Source of the DNA: an uncultured delta proteobacterium
GTDB lineage: Bacteria > Myxococcota_A > Polyangia > Haliangiales > Haliangiaceae
Assembly: GCA_963848295.1 (NCBI GenBank)
Contig: CAWKDB010000010.1
Location: forward strand, 3,456,001-3,520,000
DNA: 64,000 bases
Reading direction: 5' to 3'
This document shows, piece after piece, positions 10,364-17,750 of the stretch. Position numbers and translations under genes: made by a program. The notes under the pieces were generated by a model. The model was not told the DNA's origin, did not search any database, and saw only the letters and a list, made by a program, of their open reading frames with translations. Position 1 is the stretch's first letter; every line of letters starts with the position of its first letter.

Positions 10364-11449
10364 GTGACGTCCGCGGTGGTGCCGGCGACCGCGCGCGCCG
10401 CGATCGATCGCTGCGAGCGCGCGTCGCTGGTGTTCGATCTCGAGACGATCGAGAGCACGGTGCGCCGCGTCGCCGAGCTCGCGCATGCGCATCGCATTCG
10501 CGTGTTGTTCGCGGCGAAGTCGTTTCCACATCCGGCGGTGCGCGCGGTCGCGGCGCGGCATCTCGACGGCTTCGATGTCGCCTCGCCGGCGGAGCTCGGC
10601 GCTTGTGCGCCGCTCGTGCAGATGATCTCGATCGCCGATCCATCGGGCGCTGCGATCGCGGCGGCGGCGAGCACGAACGGCCGGCTGATCGTCAGCTGCG
10701 ACACCGTCGAGCACGTGCGGGCAGCGCCGGCGCATGCGGCGATCGCGATCCGCTTGTCCGCATCGTTGACCGGGCGCGATCCGGCGATCGGCGCGGTGCT
10801 CGACGGCAACGGCCATCATCGCTCGCGGTTCGGGCTCGATGTCGATCCCGCGCGCCGGCGCGCCGCGGTCGGCGAGCTCGTGCGCGCGGCGGCGGGGAGG
10901 CCGATCGGCTTGCACGTCCATCACGGGCCGATCGTCGCGGCGTCGGCGGAGCGATTCGTCGCGACCGCTCGGGCTGCGCTCGCCGCCGTCGAGGTCGCGC
11001 CCGCGTTCTTGAACCTCGGCGGCGCGTGGCACGGCATCGCCGATCTCGACGCGGCGTTCGCGACGGTGCGCGCGGCGGTGCCCGCCGACCTCGAGCTCGT
11101 GATCGAGCCGGGCCGGTTGTTCTCCGCCGGCGCCGGCTTCGCGGTCGGCCGAGTCACGGCCGCGCGTTCGCTCGACGATCGCGAGCTGCGACTGCTCGAC
11201 CTGTCGCGGATCTGCCACCTGCGCTGGAGTCCGATCGAGCTCGTCGCGCGCGCGCCGGCGCCGGGCGAAGGCCGCGCCGTGCTCTACACCGGCCCGACGT
11301 GCTTCGAGGAGGATGTGCTCGGCGAGTGGACCGTCGCGCCCGCGGTCGCGGCGGAACCGCGCGCGGTGTTCCGCGGCGTGACCGGCTACGCGCTCGCGTG
11401 GAACGTCGGGTTCGCGGGCGTCCCGCCGGCGGACGTCATCGTCTGCTAG
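10364..11449 (+). CDS. PLP-dependent fold-III decarboxylase (LysA/ODC/NspC-like)
   Basis: FAAKS (PLP lysine), DVAS..EL, SRFG, GLHVH, NLGG, EPGR, GPTC..D. Confidence 0.8.
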   Translation: MTSAVVPATARAAIDRCERASLVFDLETIESTVRRVAELAHAHRIRVLFAAKSFPHPAVRAVAARHLDGFDVASPAELGACAPLVQMISIADPSGAAIAAAASTNGRLIVSCDTVEHVRAAPAHAAIAIRLSASLTGRDPAIGAVLDGNGHHRSRFGLDVDPARRRAAVGELVRAAAGRPIGLHVHHGPIVAASAERFVATARAALAAVEVAPAFLNLGGAWHGIADLDAAFATVRAAVPADLELVIEPGRLFSAGAGFAVGRVTAARSLDDRELRLLDLSRICHLRWSPIELVARAPAPGEGRAVLYTGPTCFEEDVLGEWTVAPAVAAEPRAVFRGVTGYALAWNVGFAGVPPADVIVC

Positions 11450-11568
11450 CGCCAATGCCGCTCAGATAACGTTGACCTTGACCTGAACGGTGAACCTGAA
11501 CTTGAACGGCACCTTAGACGTTGTCGTTGACACCGCAACTCCAGAGTTGTGTGGCCGATAGCCCGGTC

Positions 11569-11903
11569 ATGCTCAGCTTCCAGAAGCTTCGCGTCGATCA
11601 ACGCTCGATCGAGTTCCTCGCGCTGGCACTGGAGATCATCGGCGAGCTTCCGAAGGGTCATGCCGAGCTTGCCGATCAGCTGGTCCGCGCCGCGCAGTCG
11701 CAACCGCGTAAGATCGCCGAGGGTGCGGGTCGTCGCACGAACGTCGATCAGGCTCGCCTCTACGCGCACGCGCGCGGCTCCGCGATGGAGGCCGCAGCGG
11801 CTTTGGACACGATGCGAGTCCTGAAGTTGGTCGGCGAGACGACCTACGCGCGCGGCATCGATCTACTTGAAGCATCGTGGCGATGCTCACCAAGATGACC
11901 TGA
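11569..11903 (+). pseudogene. Four-helix-bundle protein (TIGR02436 / 23S-IVP / Avd-like), 1-nt frameshift near 11872
   Basis: MLSFQKL, ELADQLVRAAQS, IAEGAGR, ARGSAMEAAA; the family-typical C-terminus IVAMLTKM is in another frame, ending TGA 11903. Could be a sequencing error. Confidence 0.8.
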
Positions 11904-11986
11904 TCGGGTCGACGTCAATGTCCAAGGTGGCGTTGATGTTCATGTTCATGTCGAGGTCAAGGTCAACGCACTTATCTGAGCGGCAT

Positions 11987-12157
11987 GTGCGCCAGGCCAA
12001 GCCTGGGAGAGGAGAACGGATGGATATCCGCCTCTTCCGCCCAAGGTCGTCCACAGCATCTACCGGACGTAGCGAACCCGTGGACGAAGAGCCGGATGCC
12101 GGAAATCGGCACGTCCGGATCTGTGGGAGCCCCGGGTCACACCCGGGGCAACCCGAC
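11987..12157 (+). ncRNA. Miniature/internally deleted group II intron (171 nt)
   Basis: 5' GUGCG; domain V GAGCCGGAUGCCGGAAAUCGGCACGUCCGGAUC (12089-12121: AGC triad, GAAA loop, AC bulge); domain VI hairpin with unpaired A, ending CCCGAC; GYPPLPPKVVHSIYRT* resembles an intron-RT C-terminus. DV/DVI are secure; the 5' end is less so. Confidence 0.8.
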
Positions 12158-12175
12158 TGCTGCTAGCGCGTGCTG

Positions 12176-13567
12176 TTACTGGTCCGCGGGCGGCGCCTCT
12201 TCGACCGGCGCGTCGGGCACGACCGGCTCGGCGCCACCGCCCGCCGGCGCGAGGTCCGAGCGATCGACGCGCAAGCTGTCGGTCGAACGCGGCAACGCAT
12301 CGGCGCGGCGCGGCGGGAAGGTCAGCGCGAACGTGAAGTACACGGTGTTGCGCAGGTACGACGGGATCAGCAGCGCCGCGCGCGAGTCGCCGTTCTGCGC
12401 GAGCAGCTCGTAGCGCAAGCCATAGGTCTGGTTCGGCGCGGGCGAATAGGTCACGCCGAGGTCGAAGTGGGTCACGTAGAACGTCCCGTCGTTCGCACTC
12501 GTGTTCGCGTCGAGCAGCTCGGTGAGATCGAAGCCGATCGAGCCGAGCAGGTTGACCTTCGGCGCGCCGGTGTGGGTCGTGCCCAGCCAACTCAGCGGGA
12601 GTGCGAGCTGGAGGAGCGCGAGGTCGTCGCGGGTGTTCTGCGCGATCAAGAGATTTGGCGCGACGGTCTGGCGGACCTGCAACGTCGCGCGCCCCCAGGT
12701 ATCGGCGTACGCGACGAGCGCTCCGCCGGCGGGCAACACGGTCGCGTGCTGCGCTACGGTCGTGTCGATCGTGTGCAGCGGCACGATGGCCACGCCGCCG
12801 GCGTCGACGTTCATGCTCCAGCGGCGACCAAAGTCGCGGCGCCAGATCACGCGCGCCCGCGGATCGATCTGCTCGGCGAGCTGAACCGGGCCGACGACGC
12901 CCATCGCCAGCGTCTGCTGATCGAGCCGGAGGTATGCTCCGCCGAGCTCGAGGGCGAGCGAGTCGTGGTCGAAGGTACGCTCGATCGAGCCGAGCGCGCC
13001 CGCCTCGGCCGAGTCGATCGTGTCGTTCATCGCATCGGTGGTATCGACCACGTGGCCGTAAGCGGTCTCGGTGAGCCTCGACTTCTCGGTCACCTCGTAC
13101 GAGGCGGATTCGCTGACATCGGCCTGGCGGACCGTCTCCTGGCCCGCCGGCTGGACCATGACGCCGGTCTGGTCGGGCGACGTGCGCGCCGCCAGGGCGC
13201 TGAGCTTGCCGGTGCTCGCGTCGACCAGCGTGGTGACCTGCGACCGCGGTCCGGGCGTCCAGAACGCCCGCCACGCCGCGCGGAATTGCAGCGATGGTTG
13301 GTCGTTGTGGACCACGTACTCGAGCACCTCGGCCTCGGCGGTCAGCTCGTCGATCAGGGTCGGGCCCTCGTGGGCGAGCAGCAGGCCGGGCCGGACGTCG
13401 AAGAACACGTCGGCCTCGCGGTCGCCGTCGGCCGGCGCCGCCAGGGCGTTGTCGGTCGTCGCCACGCTCCCGTTGGCCGTGACGTGGTACGTGGTATCAG
13501 CGCGAGCATACGAGGCAGCCAACGCGATGACGCTTCCAAACGCAACCGCGGGCAGGGGCCAGCGCAC
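12176..13567 (-). CDS. Secreted/outer-membrane beta-barrel-like protein (possible polysaccharide-export barrel)
   Basis: Signal peptide (AYARA-D); alternating amphipathic beta-strands; near Wzy/GT genes (inference). Confidence 0.55.
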   Translation of the reverse strand: MRWPLPAVAFGSVIALAASYARADTTYHVTANGSVATTDNALAAPADGDREADVFFDVRPGLLLAHEGPTLIDELTAEAEVLEYVVHNDQPSLQFRAAWRAFWTPGPRSQVTTLVDASTGKLSALAARTSPDQTGVMVQPAGQETVRQADVSESASYEVTEKSRLTETAYGHVVDTTDAMNDTIDSAEAGALGSIERTFDHDSLALELGGAYLRLDQQTLAMGVVGPVQLAEQIDPRARVIWRRDFGRRWSMNVDAGGVAIVPLHTIDTTVAQHATVLPAGGALVAYADTWGRATLQVRQTVAPNLLIAQNTRDDLALLQLALPLSWLGTTHTGAPKVNLLGSIGFDLTELLDANTSANDGTFYVTHFDLGVTYSPAPNQTYGLRYELLAQNGDSRAALLIPSYLRNTVYFTFALTFPPRRADALPRSTDSLRVDRSDLAPAGGGAEPVVPDAPVEEAPPADQ

Positions 13568-13668
13568 CGCTTTTCTTGTAGCACGGGCTGCCGATGTCCA
13601 AAGGTCGCGCTAGTGGTTGACAGCCCTCGCTGGCGCCGTGCTTAGAATCTCTAGAAGGCATCTTACAA

Positions 13669-14595
13669 ATGCGCAGTGATCCTCCCGAAGAGCTCCCACC
13701 CCTGTTTGCCGCTGCCCCGCGCAAAGTCGAGCGCGAAGAGGACGAAGAAGACGCGGGCGATGAGGACGACGACGACGCCGAGGACGAGGACGACGACGAC
13801 GATGTCGGCGGCGCCGATGACGACGATGAAGAAGAGGACGAGCCCGACGACGAAGACGACGGTGCCGACAAGGTAGCCGACGAGGGCTGGTCACCGGCGA
13901 CGCCCGCCGACGACGAATGGGTCGAGGGCGAGGAGAAGCCCGAGGAAAAAGACAAGGACGAAGACGAGGAAGAGGACGACGCCGACGTCGGTGGTTGGCG
14001 TGAAGGCACCGCGCGCCCGCCGTGGGCCGGCGAAGAAGACGAGGACGACGACGACGATGATGATGACGACGACGAGGACGACGAAGAAGACGACGACGAT
14101 GACGTTGACGACGAGGACGACGAGGACGAAGAAGAGGACAAAGTAGCCGCTCGCCCGCGCGCGATCATCCGCGACGACGGCGACGACGACGACGATCCGC
14201 CGGCGAAGGACGACGACGACGAAGAAGAGGAGCGCGACGAGCGTCCGCCGCGTGGCCCGATCCCACCGCGCCCGGCCAAGCCGTTGCCGATGGGGAAGCA
14301 ACCGATCGTGGTTCCGGCCAAACCGGGCACCACCCCCGTCAGGCCGCTGGTTCCGGTCGCCAAGACACCGGTCGCGCCTGCGCCGGCGAAGCCTACGCCA
14401 CCTGCGAAGCCGACTTCGCCGCCGCCTGCGCCAGGCAAGCCGGCTGCGCCGCCGCCCGCCGCGAAGCAGCCACCCGCGAAGCCCGCGGCGAAACCGGCCG
14501 CCAAGCCCGCCGCTAAGCCCGCCGCCAAGCCGGCCGCCGCGAAGAAGCCAGCGCCGAAGAAGCCGGCGGCCAAGAAGCCCGCGAGGAAGAAGTAG
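13669..14595 (+). CDS. Low-complexity protein: Asp/Glu-rich N-half, Pro-rich linker, PAAK/histone-H1-like tail
   Basis: Long poly-D/E tracts followed by KPAAKPAAK...KKPARKK. Confidence 0.7.
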   Translation: MRSDPPEELPPLFAAAPRKVEREEDEEDAGDEDDDDAEDEDDDDDVGGADDDDEEEDEPDDEDDGADKVADEGWSPATPADDEWVEGEEKPEEKDKDEDEEEDDADVGGWREGTARPPWAGEEDEDDDDDDDDDDEDDEEDDDDDVDDEDDEDEEEDKVAARPRAIIRDDGDDDDDPPAKDDDDEEEERDERPPRGPIPPRPAKPLPMGKQPIVVPAKPGTTPVRPLVPVAKTPVAPAPAKPTPPAKPTSPPPAPGKPAAPPPAAKQPPAKPAAKPAAKPAAKPAAKPAAAKKPAPKKPAAKKPARKK

Positions 14596-14634
14596 CGCCC
14601 GATCTCGCGCACTTAGGAAATCGTTCGGGAGCGC

Positions 14635-14663
14635 TGCGACTTTCCGTTAGGGTCGGGGCGTCT
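14635..14663 (+). promoter_or_regulatory. Candidate autoregulated ECF promoter (TGCGACT-N16-GCGTCT)
   Basis: 20 nt upstream of the ECF sigma start; matches the motif at 111-138. Confidence 0.45.
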
Positions 14664-14683
14664 CGTGGTCAGAGCCACGAACG

Positions 14684-15238
14684 ATGACCGATACGAGCCA
14701 TGCCTGGGACGAGCTGTCGGAGCTGCTCGCGCCGATCCACGACGACGTGCAGTTGTTCGCACGTCGGATCGCGCGATCGAACGCAGAGGGCGACGATGTG
14801 TTCCAGGAAGCCGTGCTGCGGGCCGCCCGCAAGCTCGGATCGCTGCGCGATCGGTCGCGCTTCAAGTCCTGGATGTTCAGCGTAGTCGCGTCGGTGCACC
14901 GCACGCGCTATCGCCGATCGTTCTGGACGCGGTGGATCAGTGACGAAGTCGCGCCCGATCCCGTCGGTGACGACGGATCGCGATGGGCCGATGATCGAGC
15001 GAGCGCGAGTCGTGCGACCGCGGCGCTCGCGACGCTGTCACCACCGCAGCGCGAAGCGATCGTGCTGTTCGAGCTCCACGGTAACTCGATCGACGAGATC
15101 GCCGAGATCCAAGAGACCTCGGTGTCGTCGGTGAAATCGCGCCTCGTGCGAGGTCGCGATCGGCTGCGCGAATATTACGTGCAGCTAGGAGAACCGGAAC
15201 CCCGTAACGACCTCACCGAGGAGGTGTGCCGTGGATAA
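14684..15238 (+). CDS. ECF RNA polymerase sigma factor
   Basis: Region 2 DDVFQEA..FKSWMF; region 4 LSPPQREAIVL...EIAEI...SVKSRLVRGR. Confidence 0.92.
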   Translation: MTDTSHAWDELSELLAPIHDDVQLFARRIARSNAEGDDVFQEAVLRAARKLGSLRDRSRFKSWMFSVVASVHRTRYRRSFWTRWISDEVAPDPVGDDGSRWADDRASASRATAALATLSPPQREAIVLFELHGNSIDEIAEIQETSVSSVKSRLVRGRDRLREYYVQLGEPEPRNDLTEEVCRG

Positions 15239-15869
15239 CCGCCTGTCTGAAGATCTCGCCGCCCTCGGCGAACGCTCGCAGCATCAGCTGCGAACGATGG
15301 CAGCGACACGCGCACACATCCTCTCCGCTCAGGAGAATTCGAAGATGCGCTTTTTCAAGAATCGTCCAATGCTCGCCGTGTTGATGGTGCTCGCTCTAGT
15401 CGGTGTCGCCAGCGGCGCCGCTTATGCGGTCGACCGCGTGTTCCTGCAGGTCGATCCCGACGAGACCGCGCCGCAGATTCAACAGGACGTGACGACGCAA
15501 TTGCAGAACGCTGGCGTGACGGCTGATGTGCACGCCGACAAACGCGATGGCAAGATCGAAGTGAAGATCGCGACGAGTGATCCAACGTTACCCGGCCGAC
15601 TCGATGTCAGCGCGCTCGGTGGGGCCGAGGTCGAGAGCGACCAGGGCGAGCTCACGATCGAAGTGCAAGCCAAGCTCGGCGACGCGCAGATCGCGCAGTT
15701 GACCAGCGCCGGGTCGAGCACCGACGTGCTGACCGCGTTGGCGATCGCCGAGACCAAGGGCGACACCGCGCCACTTGCCGCTGCATTCGCAGCACACGGC
15801 TTTCACGACGTGACGATCAACGTCGCCGGCACGTCGGTGACGGTGACGATCACCGCACCGCCGAGGTAA
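15231..15869 (+). CDS. Putative anti-sigma factor / single-TM protein
   Basis: Overlaps the ECF stop, GAGG RBS, short cytoplasmic part, one TM, extracytoplasmic domain. Confidence 0.55.
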   Translation: MDNRLSEDLAALGERSQHQLRTMAATRAHILSAQENSKMRFFKNRPMLAVLMVLALVGVASGAAYAVDRVFLQVDPDETAPQIQQDVTTQLQNAGVTADVHADKRDGKIEVKIATSDPTLPGRLDVSALGGAEVESDQGELTIEVQAKLGDAQIAQLTSAGSSTDVLTALAIAETKGDTAPLAAAFAAHGFHDVTINVAGTSVTVTITAPPR

Positions 15870-15872
15870 TGT

Positions 15873-17252
15873 CTAGACATAGCCTTTGATCCTGAGGAAG
15901 ATCGGCAGCACGACGATCGCGTAGAGCAGCGTGATCGCCGCGACGATGACCAGGTCGCGTGCGGTCATCGAGATCTTGAGCTCGGGGCGATGGTGGCGAA
16001 CCGCCGAGTACCAAGCGCCGACGATCCCGAACAGGATCCACAGCGACGGATGATACGTGAACGACAGCGTGTTGATCTGAAATCCGGCCCCGGCGAGCGC
16101 GGCGAGTAACGCCATGCCCCACCCGCGCGCCGATTCGGTGCCCGGCACACTCTCGAGCTCGCGCGTTCCGACGATCAGGATCTTGAGCGACAGGTACATC
16201 ATCGTCAAGAACAGGTAGAGACCGGGCAGGCCGAGCTCGGCGAGCGCGAGGACGTACGAGTTGTGGGCGGTCAGGTTGTGGTGGTGAACGAACTGACCGG
16301 CGCCGACGCCGAATAACGGGCTGTGACGGAACATCTCGAGCCCGGTCGCCCACGCCTCGTAGCGTTCTTGCGTCGATTGATCGGCATCGCCGCCACTGCG
16401 ACTGCCGAACACGAGCACCGGGATCACGATCAACGCGACCGGGATCACAGCTCGCCAGCCATAGCGTCTGATCACGAATACACCGGGGACGAGCATCGCG
16501 GCGATCAGGCCGCCGCGCGACTCGGTCATGAACACGGTGACCAGCACGACGGCACACGCCACCCCGGTCGTGAAGTAGGTGCCGGCCTTTCGTCTACGAA
16601 GCGCGAACCCGATCAGCATCGCGAGCCCGCACGAGCTCATCACGAGCGCGACTTCGTTCGGATCGTGGAGGTCGCCGCGATAGCGCACGCGATCCTCGAC
16701 GCTGTAGGTGCCGAACCAGCCGATGTGCTCGCAGCGATAGTCGAGGGTCTCGTCGACGCCCGGGCCGACGCATTGCTCCGACGTCTCGCACAGGCGGCCG
16801 TCCGGCGTGCCTTCGATCGCTCCGTTGTTCTCTTCGCCGGCGATGCATCCGCGAGGAGCGAGCCCTTGGTCGAAGCACACCGCGGTGATGAATAGCGTCG
16901 AGGCCGTGAGTGCACCGACGACGAACCCGAATGTGCGGAATCGCTGGACGCCGTGCGCGATCGTGCCGTACAGCGTCAGCAAGATCGCCATCTCGATCAG
17001 CTTCGGCACGATCGTGTCGGGTGCGGTGAACGCCGTCGCGATGCCCACCCACACCACGAACGCGATCGCCCAGGGCATCGTCGCGCTCGCGATCGGCTGG
17101 AGCCGGCGGAGCCGCACGTCGATCGCGTAGCCCACGAGCGCGAGCAACGCGAACAGATACAGCATCGGTATCTTCTGGAGCAGCGGTACGAACTCCTGCG
17201 GCCTCACCATGATGAAGACGATCAAGAGCCCGATGCCGGGGAGCGCGAACAC
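15873..17252 (-). CDS. O-antigen ligase / Wzy_C family membrane protein
   Basis: Multi-TM; DPNE, TESRGG, R..AW..G..MF..SPLFGVGAG.F, AHNSY...AELG. Confidence 0.88.
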   Translation of the reverse strand: MFALPGIGLLIVFIMVRPQEFVPLLQKIPMLYLFALLALVGYAIDVRLRRLQPIASATMPWAIAFVVWVGIATAFTAPDTIVPKLIEMAILLTLYGTIAHGVQRFRTFGFVVGALTASTLFITAVCFDQGLAPRGCIAGEENNGAIEGTPDGRLCETSEQCVGPGVDETLDYRCEHIGWFGTYSVEDRVRYRGDLHDPNEVALVMSSCGLAMLIGFALRRRKAGTYFTTGVACAVVLVTVFMTESRGGLIAAMLVPGVFVIRRYGWRAVIPVALIVIPVLVFGSRSGGDADQSTQERYEAWATGLEMFRHSPLFGVGAGQFVHHHNLTAHNSYVLALAELGLPGLYLFLTMMYLSLKILIVGTRELESVPGTESARGWGMALLAALAGAGFQINTLSFTYHPSLWILFGIVGAWYSAVRHHRPELKISMTARDLVIVAAITLLYAIVVLPIFLRIKGYV

Positions 17253-17330
17253 GCGGTGCGATCATCGCTTATATACGCGGCGTTTGGTGACGAACTGGAT
17301 CCGCGCGCCAGGGCAGCCGAAAATTTTCCA

Positions 17331-17729
17331 ATGCAGGACCATCGTCGCCAGAGCCCGCGCATAGCCGCCTCCGCCCTGTGCTGGGAGGTGATCGACGATC
17401 GCGAGACCTCCGCGCTCGTCGTGGATTTCTCGTCGACCGGCGCTCGCGTCGAGCGGCCGTACCTCGGAGGGCGGATCGCGCGCCACGTCCCGCTCCAGCT
17501 CGAGGTCCCCGGCATCGACGAGGTGATGTGGGCGCGCGCCGATCTCGTGTTCGATCAGCTCGTGCCGACGAAGCTGCTCGCGAGCCCGTTCGGGCTGCTG
17601 CGCCGCACCGGCTATCGGATCGCGCTCGCCGCGGCCCGCGATCTGCGCTTGCTCAAAGAGTTCGTGTTCGAGCGCGATCGCGCGCTGCAGTGCGAAGAAG
17701 CGTTGCTGTTCGCCAGTTGCTACCGATAG
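17331..17729 (+). CDS. PilZ-domain protein
   Basis: RRQSPR (RxxxR) and DFSSTG (DxSxxG) c-di-GMP motifs. Confidence 0.75.
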   Translation: MQDHRRQSPRIAASALCWEVIDDRETSALVVDFSSTGARVERPYLGGRIARHVPLQLEVPGIDEVMWARADLVFDQLVPTKLLASPFGLLRRTGYRIALAAARDLRLLKEFVFERDRALQCEEALLFASCYR

Positions 17730-17750
17730 CTGTCGGCGCTACAGCAGGGC

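Larger units (their letters stand above)
11446..12166. mobile_element. CTAG-bounded non-autonomous element with ~85-bp inverted arms around a four-helix-bundle gene
   Basis: Left arm 11446-11531 is the imperfect reverse complement of 11908-11986 plus 12158-12166; hexamer-periodic arms; CTAG at both ends; no transposase. Confidence 0.7.

Noticed and set aside
11569..11903. 23S rRNA intervening sequence
   Set aside because: No rRNA sequence flanks the gene.
13617..13648. Sigma-70 promoter TTGACA...TAGAAT
   Set aside because: Spacer is 20 nt, outside the usual 16-18.
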